From the IMG/VR virus record IMGVR_UViG_646206259_000004: a stretch of 45,219 bases of DNA. One strand, 5' to 3'. Made by a program: the position numbers and the translations under genes. This DNA comes from a virus (taxonomy: Duplodnaviria > Heunggongvirae > Uroviricota > Caudoviricetes). Below, one piece after another: positions 17,056 to 27,323 of this stretch. Each line of letters opens with the position of its first letter. Position 1 is the stretch's first letter. The notes under the pieces are model-generated. The model was given only the letters and a program-made list of their open reading frames with translations, was not told the origin of the DNA and did not search any database.

Positions 17056-17282
17056 TGGGCAAAAAAAGCCCGCGCTGGGAGACGCGGGCGGCAAGGAATA
17101 AACAATAAAACGTGAAGTAATATTTCAGCTGGCGAATAATACCCCATAGTAATCACTCTGCGCAACTGCGCGGTCTTTTTCGAATTGCGGGCTGTCGTCT
17201 CTCTTCTGCCATTGTCCTGTAACTTCCGGACTTCAGCCCGCTCCTTATTTTACTCACAATATTATCCCGGCCGGGAGGATTC

Positions 17283-17510
17283 ATGGCATTTAAACACTAT
17301 GACGTGGTCAGGGCGGTATCGCCGTCAGACCTTGCGAAACGACTGACACAAAAACTGAAGGAGGGCTGGCAGCCGTTTGGTAGTCCGGTGGCCATAACCC
17401 CTTATACCCTGATGCAGGCGATTGCAGCAGAAGGTGATGTGGTGGTCAGTGGTGCAACTGAGCCGGATTGGTACTACGTCATCGTACTGGCCCGGCATTC
17501 CAGGCCATAA
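17283..17510 (+). CDS. Hypothetical phage protein upstream of the lysis cassette
   Basis: 75 aa ORF with GGAGG RBS 5 nt before the ATG. Confidence 0.5.
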   Translation: MAFKHYDVVRAVSPSDLAKRLTQKLKEGWQPFGSPVAITPYTLMQAIAAEGDVVVSGATEPDWYYVIVLARHSRP

Positions 17511-17778
17511 AAGACAGTCTGGCAGTGGGACTAAATGCACTGACGCTGATGGATATTACCAAAAATGTAACGTATGGCGTTGAGATAGAAAGTCTGGCGC
17601 TGGAGATAAATGCACCGGCATCATCATAAAAAGTGAGCCAGTCAAATGGAAGGTATCGTTAAACTCACCGGTAGTGTCAGTGGGTCGTCTGAGACGCTTG
17701 CATGAGTTATCAGAGCCATCAGTAGTTAACTGGTGGCTTTTTTATTGTTTTCAGCTTCCGGATAACGGGAGACGGGGT

Positions 17779-17994
17779 ATGGACCAGATGGAAAAAATCA
17801 CAACAGGTGTGTCATACACCACGTCAGCGGTGGGAACGGGCTACTGGTTCCTGCAGTTGCTGGACAGGGTTTCCCCGTCTCAGTGGGCGGCAATAGGCGT
17901 GCTGGGGAGTCTGCTGTTTGGGCTGCTGACATATCTGACTAACCTGTATTTCAAAATCAGAGAGGACCGTCGTAAGGCGGCACGGGGAGAGTAA
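17779..17994 (+). CDS. S: S21-type pinholin (class II holin, dual-start)
   Basis: [71 protein letters not shown] closely resembles phage 21 S; Met1/Met4 dual start; the track ORF over-extends upstream. Confidence 0.85.
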   Translation: MDQMEKITTGVSYTTSAVGTGYWFLQLLDRVSPSQWAAIGVLGSLLFGLLTYLTNLYFKIREDRRKAARGE

Positions 17995-17998
17995 TTCA

Positions 17999-18343
17999 AT
18001 GACTCAAAACTATGAACTGATTGTGAAAGGGATCCGCAATTTTGAGAATAAAGTTACGGTAACTTTAGCATTACAGGACAAAGAACGCTTTGACGGTGAA
18101 ATTTTTGACCTGGACATCTCGCTGGACCGTGTTGAAGGTGCTGCGCTGGAGTTTTATGAGGCAGCGGCCAGAAGGAGCATCAGACAGGTCTTCCTGGATG
18201 TCGCTGCCGGGTTATGTGAAGGGGATGAGCAGTCGCCGGAAAAGCGCCCCGTAATTTTAGAGGCGCAGAATGTATGGATAACCTACAAAGGAAAGCTACC
18301 GGGAAGGATTACTGGTTCCCTGAAGACTCCGCCGAAATGGTAG
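17999..18343 (+). CDS. Hypothetical protein inserted between holin and endolysin
   Basis: 114 aa ORF starting 5 nt after the holin stop; no family recognised; weak RBS. Confidence 0.45.
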   Translation: MTQNYELIVKGIRNFENKVTVTLALQDKERFDGEIFDLDISLDRVEGAALEFYEAAARRSIRQVFLDVAAGLCEGDEQSPEKRPVILEAQNVWITYKGKLPGRITGSLKTPPKW

Positions 18344-18581
18344 TTTTGCCAGCATAATTTTCTTCCAGCAATGCCGCCAGCCACTTGAAAGAATTTTGTT
18401 GTTCCTGGGACCATTTGGGGTTGCGTGATTCAAAATGAATGGATGCCAGCGTTGGCAGCATTTGCTCCCTGGGAATTGATAAGGCCAGATGTGAAAATGC
18501 AACAGTGAGGGCATTTACATCATCCCGAAGCCTGGAAATGCAGTCGAGCAACTCCTGTAGAGAAATGGTGCTATTGTCCAT
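18309..18581 (-). CDS. Hypothetical protein (minus strand) inside the lysis cassette
   Basis: 90 aa ORF with a good AAGAGGA RBS on the minus strand; convergent with and overlapping the previous ORF by 35 nt. Confidence 0.5.
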   Translation of the reverse strand: MDNSTISLQELLDCISRLRDDVNALTVAFSHLALSIPREQMLPTLASIHFESRNPKWSQEQQNSFKWLAALLEENYAGKTTISAESSGNQ

Positions 18582-18686
18582 AAATAATCCTCTTGATTGT
18601 CTTTACCTTTTCCCCGCCTGATTCAACAGGCCGGGACAGATAAACATATCCAGGGTTCAGAAACCGATAAATCCTGATAAATATCC

Positions 18687-19220
18687 ATGAACGCAAAAAT
18701 CAAATACGGCCTGTCAGCTGCAGTTCTGGCGCTGATTGGAGCAGGCGCATCAGCTCCTCAGATACTTGACCAGTTTCTGGATGAAAAAGAGGGTAACCAC
18801 ACTACGGCATACCGCGATGGTTCCGGCAACTGGACCATCTGTCGGGGGGCCACGATGGTGGATGGAAAACCCGTTTTTCCCGGTATGAAACTGTCGAAGG
18901 AAAAATGCGACCAGGTCAACGCCATTGAGCGTGATAAGGCGCTGGCATGGGTGGAGAAAAACATCAAAGTGCCATTGAGCGAACCCCAGAAAGCGGGGAT
19001 CGCGTCATTCTGTCCGTACAACATTGGTCCCGGTAAGTGTTTCCCGTCGACGTTTTATAAACGAATTAATGCAGGTGATCGCAGGGGAGCGTGTGAGGCG
19101 ATTCGCTGGTGGATTAAGGACGGTGGCAGAGACTGCCGTATTCGTTCAAACAACTGCTACGGTCAGGTATCCCGTCGTGACCAGGAGAGCGCGCTGGCGT
19201 GCTGGGGTATCGACAGATAA
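18687..19220 (+). CDS. R: SAR endolysin (R21-like lysozyme, GH24)
   Basis: 177 aa; N-terminal signal-anchor-release segment (LSAAVLALIGAGASA) and catalytic E...D...T triad (EGNHTTAYRDGSGNWT). Confidence 0.9.
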   Translation: MNAKIKYGLSAAVLALIGAGASAPQILDQFLDEKEGNHTTAYRDGSGNWTICRGATMVDGKPVFPGMKLSKEKCDQVNAIERDKALAWVEKNIKVPLSEPQKAGIASFCPYNIGPGKCFPSTFYKRINAGDRRGACEAIRWWIKDGGRDCRIRSNNCYGQVSRRDQESALACWGIDR

Positions 19221-19418
19221 GCAGAATATTTTGCTGAAAAATAAGGCATGGCCACGCGGGCGGATAACATGAAATCCTGCGAAGTGGCGAAACGTAAGTG
19301 AATAAAAGTAAAAACCCCGTTTGTTGGCACCAAGCGGGGTTTTGTGTTTCCTGACTCCGGAAAAGTCAAAGGAGAAAGTGTGTTTGATTTTAGCAAACTG
19401 ATTCGGGAGATTCGAGTG

Positions 19419-19517
19419 ATGGCTGAAAAATTATCCACCTGGAAGTTCATTCTTATCTGGCTGGTGTTTGTGATTATGGCCTCTGGTTATTTCATCGGTC
19501 AGATACGCTGGTGGTGA
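19419..19517 (+). CDS. Candidate small membrane protein (32 aa; 46 aa from GTG 19380)
   Basis: [32 protein letters not shown], a single hydrophobic helix; ends 1 nt before the Rz start; AGGAGA RBS upstream of the GTG alternative start. Confidence 0.3.
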   Translation: MAEKLSTWKFILIWLVFVIMASGYFIGQIRWW

Positions 19518-19518
19518 A

Positions 19519-20145
19519 ATGAACCGCGTACTGTGCGTGGTCATCATTGCCCTGCTGGTGGCCTGTGGTGCGCTTAGTCTGGGGCTGAATCATTACCGTG
19601 ATAACGCCATTACCTACAAAGCCCAGCGCGACAAAAATGTCAGAGAACTGAAGCTGGCGAACGCGGCAATTACTGACATGNNNNNNNNNNNNNNNNNNNN
19701 NNNNNNNNNNNNNNNNNNNNNNNNNNNNNNNNNNNNNNNNNNNNNNNNNNNNNNNNNNNNNNNNNNNNNNNNNNNNNNNNNNNNNNNNNNNNNNNNNNNN
19801 NNNNNNNNNNNNNNNNNNNNNNNNNNNNNNNNNNNNNNNNNNNNNNNNNNNNNNNNNNNNNNNNNNNNNNNNNNNNNNNNNNNNNNNNNNNNNNNNNNNN
19901 NNNNNNNNNNNNNNNNNNNNNNNNNNNNNNNNNNNNNNNNNNNNNNNNNNNNNNNNNNNNNNNNNNNNNNNNNNNNNNNNNNNNNNNNNNNNNNNNNNNN
20001 NNNNNNNNNNNNNNNNNNNNNNNNNNNNNNNNNNNNNNNNNNNNNNNNNNNNNNNNNNNNNNNNNNNNNNNNNNCGCGACTGATAATAATGCAAAAACAA
20101 CTTGAAGGGGCACAGCTATACATTCGAGAGCAATGCCTCAGATAA
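19519..20145 (+). CDS. Rz: Rz i-spanin (interior N-masked; embedded Rz1 not visible)
   Basis: N-terminus ...[31 protein letters not shown] and C-terminus [20 protein letters not shown] match lambda Rz; 19681-20074 is N-masked. Confidence 0.8.
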   Translation: MNRVLCVVIIALLVACGALSLGLNHYRDNAITYKAQRDKNVRELKLANAAITDMXXXXXXXXXXXXXXXXXXXXXXXXXXXXXXXXXXXXXXXXXXXXXXXXXXXXXXXXXXXXXXXXXXXXXXXXXXXXXXXXXXXXXXXXXXXXXXXXXXXXXXXXXXXXXXXXXXXXXXXXXXXXXXXXXXXXRLIIMQKQLEGAQLYIREQCLR

Positions 20146-20452
20146 AAACCGGCCAAGGATAATCCGCTGAAGATTCGCCGGTGGCTAAAGTGTGCCAAGA
20201 GTTCAATTTACGCAATTACTCCTGTCGATGCTATGTACCGTCTTTGTGAAGTCAATGGATACCTGATTTATTTCTGTGCGCTGTATCGTCGCTGTACTCT
20301 TGCATTAATTATGACTGTAGCCTGACGGGGAACTCCTTCTGCACAAGTGTGGGGGAATAATCAAAAACGATGCACACCGGGGTTACCGGGTACACATATT
20401 TCATCATGCCAGCGAGTCCGGTTCTGGCACGGAAGAAACCGGACGTTATGAT

Positions 20453-20863
20453 TTAGTGCGGAAATATTTGTGTAGTGTTCTGAATGTTCTCAGTAAAGAG
20501 TAATGAATTATCAAAGGTATAGTAATACCTTTTGTTTTCGTGGATATTTGTAATCCATCTGAAAACCCCTGCTGTAGCAAGATTTTTCCTGTATTCGTAA
20601 AATGATAACTCTCCTGATTTGAATCCTTTTAAGGTGGCTTCTATAAGGCATTTATTTTTTGAAAATCTTACATTTACAACCTTACCCTGTCCTTTTATTA
20701 AAACCGTATTATCGTTTTCAAGAACAAGATGAATATTCTCTGTGGCTAAATAGTAAATGTAATGTGAGACATTGTGACGTTTTAGTTCAGAATAAAACCA
20801 GTGATAGTTTAAATTATTTCGCACTTTATCGAATATTTGTTTAAAAATGGCAATCTGAGCCAT
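20453..20863 (-). CDS. DUF1398-like (YbcV/YdfO-like) moron protein
   Basis: 136 aa from MAQIAIF... with GGAAGG RBS; AT-rich; minus strand between Rz and cos, the position ybcV occupies in DLP12. Family assignment is from memory of size and context. Confidence 0.45.
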   Translation of the reverse strand: MAQIAIFKQIFDKVRNNLNYHWFYSELKRHNVSHYIYYLATENIHLVLENDNTVLIKGQGKVVNVRFSKNKCLIEATLKGFKSGELSFYEYRKNLATAGVFRWITNIHENKRYYYTFDNSLLFTENIQNTTQIFPH

Positions 20864-20920
20864 TGTAGTACCTTCCATGTGATATGAGGGGGGGTAGTCT
20901 GCACGATTATCTAAATTGCT

Positions 20921-21154
20921 TCAATCTGGTCTGACCTGTTTTCTGAGCAATTCAGTAATGTCACTCTTTTCTTTGTTTGCTTCAGGCGAAACTCTTTTTT
21001 CTGAGCACAGTCTCCGGCGGCAGGCTTCAATGACCCAGGCTGAGAAATTCCCGGACCCTTTTTGAACAAGAGCGATGTTAATTTGTTCAATCATTTGGTT
21101 AGGAAAGCGGATGTTGCGGGTTGTTGTTCTGCGGGTTCTGTTCTTCGTTGACAT
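20921..21154 (-). CDS. YlcI/YnfO-like (DUF3950) small protein
   Basis: 77 aa MSTKNRTRRTTTRNIRFPNQMIEQINIAL.QKGSGNFSAWVIEACRRRL... recognised as the YlcI/YnfO family. Confidence 0.6.
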   Translation of the reverse strand: MSTKNRTRRTTTRNIRFPNQMIEQINIALVQKGSGNFSAWVIEACRRRLCSEKRVSPEANKEKSDITELLRKQVRPD

Positions 21155-21299
21155 GAGGTTGCCCTGTATTCAGTGTCGCTGATTTGTATTGTCTGAAGTT
21201 GTTTTTACGTTAGGTTGATGCAGATCAATTAATACGATACCTGCGTCATAATTGATTATTTGACGTGGTTTGATGGCCTCCACGCACGTTGTGATATGT

Positions 21300-21540
21300 A
21301 GATGATAATCATTATCGCTTTACGGGTCCTTTCCGGTGATCCGACAGGTTACGGGGCGGCGACCTCGCGGTTTTTCACTATTTATGAAAATTTTTCAGGG
21401 AAAATCGTGTCGGTACTTCTCGAATATAACTTTTTGTTTTTTTTAATATTGCATTCATAAATGTCCGACATGAAAGTGTCCGAAAATGCCTTTTTCTGGC
21501 GTTTTCATGTCGGGCCTTGTATTTGATAATGGGTTGTTCT
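21300..21540 (+). other. cos packaging site (cosQ-cosN-cosB); cosN 12-nt cohesive end at 21354-21365
   Basis: ...CCGGTGATCCGACAGGTTACG GGGCGGCGACCT CGCGGTTTTTCACTATTTATGAAAATTTT... closely matches the lambda genome right end and left end. Confidence 0.85.
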
Positions 21541-21576
21541 ATGAAGGTTAATAAAAAGAGGCTTGCCGAAATTTTT
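21541..21576 (+). CDS. nu1: Terminase small subunit Nu1, first 12 codons only (rest N-masked)
   Basis: MKVNKKRLAEIF vs lambda Nu1 MEVNKKQLADIF; lies at the lambda-like distance from cosN. Confidence 0.7.
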
Positions 21577-23117
21577 NNNNNNNNNNNNNNNNNNNNNNNN
21601 NNNNNNNNNNNNNNNNNNNNNNNNNNNNNNNNNNNNNNNNNNNNNNNNNNNNNNNNNNNNNNNNNNNNNNNNNNNNNNNNNNNNNNNNNNNNNNNNNNNN
21701 NNNNNNNNNNNNNNNNNNNNNNNNNNNNNNNNNNNNNNNNNNNNNNNNNNNNNNNNNNNNNNNNNNNNNNNNNNNNNNNNNNNNNNNNNNNNNNNNNNNN
21801 NNNNNNNNNNNNNNNNNNNNNNNNNNNNNNNNNNNNNNNNNNNNNNNNNNNNNNNNNNNNNNNNNNNNNNNNNNNNNNNNNNNNNNNNNNNNNNNNNNNN
21901 NNNNNNNNNNNNNNNNNNNNNNNNNNNNNNNNNNNNNNNNNNNNNNNNNNNNNNNNNNNNNNNNNNNNNNNNNNNNNNNNNNNNNNNNNNNNNNNNNNNN
22001 NNNNNNNNNNNNNNNNNNNNNNNNNNNNNNNNNNNNNNNNNNNNNNNNNNNNNNNNNNNNNNNNNNNNNNNNNNNNNNNNNNNNNNNNNNNNNNNNNNNN
22101 NNNNNNNNNNNNNNNNNNNNNNNNNNNNNNNNNNNNNNNNNNNNNNNNNNNNNNNNNNNNNNNNNNNNNNNNNNNNNNNNNNNNNNNNNNNNNNNNNNNN
22201 NNNNNNNNNNNNNNNNNNNNNNNNNNNNNNNNNNNNNNNNNNNNNNNNNNNNNNNNNNNNNNNNNNNNNNNNNNNNNNNNNNNNNNNNNNNNNNNNNNNN
22301 NNNNNNNNNNNNNNNNNNNNNNNNNNNNNNNNNNNNNNNNNNNNNNNNNNNNNNNNNNNNNNNNNNNNNNNNNNNNNNNNNNNNNNNNNNNNNNNNNNNN
22401 NNNNNNNNNNNNNNNNNNNNNNNNNNNNNNNNNNNNNNNNNNNNNNNNNNNNNNNNNNNNNNNNNNNNNNNNNNNNNNNNNNNNNNNNNNNNNNNNNNNN
22501 NNNNNNNNNNNNNNNNNNNNNNNNNNNNNNNNNNNNNNNNNNNNNNNNNNNNNNNNNNNNNNNNNNNNNNNNNNNNNNNNNNNNNNNNNNNNNNNNNNNN
22601 NNNNNNNNNNNNNNNNNNNNNNNNNNNNNNNNNNNNNNNNNNNNNNNNNNNNNNNNNNNNNNNNNNNNNNNNNNNNNNNNNNNNNNNNNNNNNNNNNNNN
22701 NNNNNNNNNNNNNNNNNNNNNNNNNNNNNNNNNNNNNNNNNNNNNNNNNNNNNNNNNNNNNNNNNNNNNNNNNNNNNNNNNNNNNNNNNNNNNNNNNNNN
22801 NNNNNNNNNNNNNNNNNNNNNNNNNNNNNNNNNNNNNNNNNNNNNNNNNNNNNNNNNNNNNNNNNNNNNNNNNNNNNNNNNNNNNNNNNNNNNNNNNNNN
22901 NNNNNNNNNNNNNNNNNNNNNNNNNNNNNNNNNNNNNNNNNNNNNNNNNNNNNNNNNNNNNNNNNNNNNNNNNNNNNNNNNNNNNNNNNNNNNNNNNNNN
23001 NNNNNNNNNNNNNNNNNNNNNNNNNNNNNNNNNNNNNNNNNNNNNNNNNNNNNNNNNNNNNNNNNNNNNNNNNNNNNNNNNNNNNNNNNNNNNNNNNNNN
23101 NNNNNNNNNNNNNNNNA

Positions 23118-23213
23118 GCTTCTCTGGATGAGCTTAACCGGGCGATCAATGATGCGGAGTCGGTACTGGGGACAACCCGCCGTCGCCGTCGTCCGCTGGG
23201 AGTGAGGTTATGA
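23118..23213 (+). CDS. W: Head-tail joining protein W, C-terminal fragment visible after the mask
   Basis: ...ASLDELNRAINDAESVLGTTRRRRRPLGVRL with stop overlapping the portal ATG (ATGA), as in lambda W/B. Confidence 0.5.
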   Translation, partial: ASLDELNRAINDAESVLGTTRRRRRPLGVRL

Positions 23214-24766
23214 AACGAACGCCTGTCCTGATTGATGTGAACGGCGTTCCGCTTCGGGAGAGCCTCAGCTACACCGGTGGCGGTGCAGGATTTGGCGGGC
23301 AAATGGCAGAGTGGTTGCCACCCTCGCAGAGTGCCGATGCGGCCCTGCTGCCCGCGTTGCGTCTGGGGAATGCCCGTGCAGATGATCTGGTGCGCAATAA
23401 CGGAATAGCGGCCAATGCGGTGGCCCTGCATAAGGATCACATTGTCGGGCATATGTTTCTGATTAGCTACCGTCCGAACTGGCGCTGGCTGGGGATGCGG
23501 GAGACCGCGGCAAAAAGTTTTGTCGATGAGGTGGAGGCGGCCTGGTCAGAATACGCAGAAGGGATGTTTGGTGAGATCGACGTGGAAGGGAAACGCACGT
23601 TTACGGAATTTATCCGTGAAGGTGTGGGCGTTCATGCGTTTAACGGCGAAATCTTTGTGCAGCCGGTCTGGGATACGGAGAGTACGCAACTGTTTCGTAC
23701 GCGTTTTAAAGCCGTGAGTCCGAAACGGGTGGACACGCCAGGACACGGTATCGGGAACCGTTTTCTGCGGGCCGGTGTGGAGGTTGATCGATATGGCCGT
23801 GCCGTTGCGTACCATATCTGTGAGGATGATTTTCCTCGCTCCGGGAGTGGACGATGGGAACGGATCCCGCGTGAACTACCCACCGGGCGTCCGGCCATGC
23901 TGCATATTTTCGAGCCGGTGGAGGACGGGCAGACCCGTGGAGCCAATCAGTTTTACAGCGTTATGGAACGGCTGAAGATGCTCGATTCCCTGCAGGCAAC
24001 ACAGCTTCAGTCGGCCATAGTGAAGGCGATGTATGCAGCGACGATTGAAAGTGACCTTGATACCGAAAAGGCCTTTGAATATATCGCCGGTGCGCCGCAG
24101 GGGCAGAAGGATAATCCGCTTATTAATATTCTGGATAAGTTCTCCACCTGGTATGACACGAATAGCGTGACGCTGGGCGGTGTCAAAATTCCGCACCTTT
24201 TCCCCGGTGATGATCTGAAACTTCAGACCGCGCAGGATTCAGACAATGGATTTTCGGCGCTTGAACAGGCGCTGCTGCGGTATATCGCCGCCGGTCTTGG
24301 CGTTTCCTACGAACAGTTGTCCCGTGATTACTCGAAGGTCAGTTACTCAAGTGCCCGCGCATCCGCCAATGAGTCGTGGCGCTATTTTATGGGGCGGCGA
24401 AAATTTATTGCGTCCCGGCTGGCCACGCAGATGTTTTCCTGCTGGCTGGAAGAGGCACTTCTTCGGGGGATTATTCGTCCGCCACGGGCACGGTTTGATT
24501 TTTATCAGGCGCGATCAGCCTGGTCACGGGCTGAGTGGATTGGAGCCGGAAGAATGGCCATTGACGGGCTCAAGGAGGTTCAGGAATCAGTGATGCGCAT
24601 TGAGGCCGGACTGAGCACGTATGAGAAAGAGCTGGCGCTGATGGGCGAGGATTATCAGGACATTTTCCGCCAGCAGGTCAGGGAATCTGCAGAGCGGGAA
24701 AAAGCCGGACTCTCACGTCCGGTGTGGATAGCGCAGGCGTATCAGCAGCAGATAGCGGAGAGTCGC
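23210..24766 (+). CDS. B: Portal protein B (3' end N-masked)
   Basis: MKRTPVLIDVNGVPLRESLSYTGGGAGFGGQMAEWLPP... closely resembles lambda gpB; runs into the mask at 24767. Confidence 0.9.
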
Positions 24767-25934
24767 NNNNNNNNNNNNNNNNNNNNNNNNNNNNNNNNNN
24801 NNNNNNNNNNNNNNNNNNNNNNNNNNNNNNNNNNNNNNNNNNNNNNNNNNNNNNNNNNNNNNNNNNNNNNNNNNNNNNNNNNNNNNNNNNNNNNNNNNNN
24901 NNNNNNNNNNNNNNNNNNNNNNNNNNNNNNNNNNNNNNNNNNNNNNNNNNNNNNNNNNNNNNNNNNNNNNNNNNNNNNNNNNNNNNNNNNNNNNNNNNNN
25001 NNNNNNNNNNNNNNNNNNNNNNNNNNNNNNNNNNNNNNNNNNNNNNNNNNNNNNNNNNNNNNNNNNNNNNNNNNNNNNNNNNNNNNNNNNNNNNNNNNNN
25101 NNNNNNNNNNNNNNNNNNNNNNNNNNNNNNNNNNNNNNNNNNNNNNNNNNNNNNNNNNNNNNNNNNNNNNNNNNNNNNNNNNNNNNNNNNNNNNNNNNNN
25201 NNNNNNNNNNNNNNNNNNNNNNNNNNNNNNNNNNNNNNNNNNNNNNNNNNNNNNNNNNNNNNNNNNNNNNNNNNNNNNNNNNNNNNNNNNNNNNNNNNNN
25301 NNNNNNNNNNNNNNNNNNNNNNNNNNNNNNNNNNNNNNNNNNNNNNNNNNNNNNNNNNNNNNNNNNNNNNNNNNNNNNNNNNNNNNNNNNNNNNNNNNNN
25401 NNNNNNNNNNNNNNNNNNNNNNNNNNNNNNNNNNNNNNNNNNNNNNNNNNNNNNNNNNNNNNNNNNNNNNNNNNNNNNNNNNNNNNNNNNNNNNNNNNNN
25501 NNNNNNNNNNNNNNNNNNNNNNNNNNNNNNNNNNNNNNNNNNNNNNNNNNNNNNNNNNNNNNNNNNNNNNNNNNNNNNNNNNNNNNNNNNNNNNNNNNNN
25601 NNNNNNNNNNNNNNNNNNNNNNNNNNNNNNNNNNNNNNNNNNNNNNNNNNNNNNNNNNNNNNNNNNNNNNNNNNNNNNNNNNNNNNNNNNNNNNNNNNNN
25701 NNNNNNNNNNNNNNNNNNNNNNNNNNNNNNNNNNNNNNNNNNNNNNNNNNNNNNNNNNNNNNNNNNNNNNNNNNNNNNNNNNNNNNNNNNNNNNNNNNNN
25801 NNNNNNNNNNNNNNNNNNNNNNNNNNNNNNNNNNNNNNNNNNNNNNNNNNNNNNNNNNNNNNNNNNNNNNNNNNNNNNNNNNNNNNNNNNNNNNNNNNNN
25901 NNNNNNNNNNNNNNNNNNNNNNNNNNNNNNNNNT

Positions 25935-26186
25935 TCTGCAACACCGGCTCTGACGCCCCTGATGCTGGATGAAGCCACCGGGAAACTGGTGGTCTGGGAT
26001 GGACAGAAAGCCGGTAGTGCGGTTGGCATACTGGTACTGCCGCTTGAAGGCACAGAGACGGTGCTGACCTATTACAAGTCGGGGACCTTTGCGACGGAGG
26101 CAATCCGCTGGCCTGACAGTGTGGATGAACACAAAAAGGCAAATGCCTTTGCCGGCACAGCCCTGAGTCACGCGGCTCTGCCGTAA
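25935..26186 (+). CDS. D: Head decoration protein D, C-terminal part visible
   Basis: ...LMLDEATGKLVVWDGQKAGSAVGILVLP...TYYKSGTFATEAIRWPD...ANAFAGTA matches the lambda gpD C-terminal region. Confidence 0.85.
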   Translation, partial: SATPALTPLMLDEATGKLVVWDGQKAGSAVGILVLPLEGTETVLTYYKSGTFATEAIRWPDSVDEHKKANAFAGTALSHAALP

Positions 26187-26243
26187 CACGTTATCAGGCC
26201 ACCATGGTGACCTGACTGATTTCTGAATGAAAGGAACTGATTT

Positions 26244-27272
26244 ATGGGATTGTTTACGACCCGCCAGTTACTCGGTTATACCGAACAAAAAGTGAAATTC
26301 CGTGCGCTGTTTCTGGAGCTGTTTTTCCGCCGTACGGTGAATTTCCACACCGAAGAGGTGATGCTGGACAAAATTACCGGAAAAACGCCGGTGGCGGCCT
26401 ATGTCTCCCCGATCGTTGAAGGAAAAGTGCTTCGCCATCGCGGTGGTGAAACCCGCGTGTTACGTCCGGGCTACGTCAAGCCGAAACACGAATTTAATTA
26501 CCAGCAGGCGGTTGAGCGCCTTCCTGGTGAAGATCCGGCTCAGCTGAACGACCCGGCCTACCGTCGTCTGCGTATCATTACCGATAACCTCAAACAGGAA
26601 GAGCACGCCATTGTCCAGGTGGAAGAAATGCAGGCGGTGAATGCCGTGCTGTATGGCAAATACACCATGGAAGGGGATCAGTTTGATACTGTCGAGGTGG
26701 ATTTCGGGCGCTCTGAAGGAAATAACATTGAGCAGGCTGACGGTAAAAAATGGTCTGAGCAGGACCGTGATACGTTTGATCCGACGCATGATATTGACCT
26801 CTACTGCGATCAGGCCAGCGGCCTTGTGAATATCGCCATTATGGACGGTACGGTCTGGCGTCTGCTGAATGGCTTTAAGCTGTTCCGCGAAAAACTGGAT
26901 ACCCGTCGCGGCTCAAATTCACAACTCGAAACGGCAGTGAAAGATCTGGGCGCAGTGGTGTCCTTCAAGGGGTATTACGGCGATCTGGCCATTGTGGTGG
27001 CGAAAACGTCTTATGTGGCAGAGGACGGTACCGAAAAACGTTATCTGCCGGAGGGCATGCTGGTGTTGGGGAATACGGCGGCAGAGGGGATTCGTTGCTA
27101 TGGTGCCATTAAGGATGCACAGGCGTTGTCTGAAGGAGTGGTGGCTTCTTCCCGTTACCCGAAACACTGGCTGACCGTGGGCGATCCGTCCTGTGAATTC
27201 ACCATGACGCAGTCCGCTCCGCTGATGGTGCTGCCGGATCCGGATGAGTTTGTGGTGGTACAGGTGAAATAA
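26244..27272 (+). CDS. E: Major capsid protein E
   Basis: 342 aa; similar to lambda gpE over the full length (e.g. YVSPIV.G.V.R.RGG, RRGSNS.LETAVKDLG, FTM.QSAPLM.L.DPDEFV.VQ). Confidence 0.95.
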   Translation: MGLFTTRQLLGYTEQKVKFRALFLELFFRRTVNFHTEEVMLDKITGKTPVAAYVSPIVEGKVLRHRGGETRVLRPGYVKPKHEFNYQQAVERLPGEDPAQLNDPAYRRLRIITDNLKQEEHAIVQVEEMQAVNAVLYGKYTMEGDQFDTVEVDFGRSEGNNIEQADGKKWSEQDRDTFDPTHDIDLYCDQASGLVNIAIMDGTVWRLLNGFKLFREKLDTRRGSNSQLETAVKDLGAVVSFKGYYGDLAIVVAKTSYVAEDGTEKRYLPEGMLVLGNTAAEGIRCYGAIKDAQALSEGVVASSRYPKHWLTVGDPSCEFTMTQSAPLMVLPDPDEFVVVQVK

Positions 27273-27323
27273 TCCGTGAGCGGGGGCGAAATGCCCCCGT
27301 GTCTTTTTTCACAGGAGGCTGAG

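Noticed and set aside
16320-17280. Shiga toxin (stxA/stxB) genes at the canonical Q-tRNA-stx-lysis position
   Set aside because: Looked for them because of the Stx-phage-like tRNA cluster; no A- or B-subunit-like ORFs are present, only repeated non-coding modules.
24246-24593. 115-aa plus-strand alternative-frame ORF inside the portal gene
   Set aside because: The portal frame is strongly supported by lambda gpB similarity; the alternative frame is Arg/Pro-rich nonsense.
19492-25972. ORFs spanning N-masked stretches (e.g. 19492..20100 -, 21548..23452 -, 24678..26189 -)
   Set aside because: They are open only because N runs contain no stop codons; the visible flanks are explained by Rz, Nu1/W/B and D.
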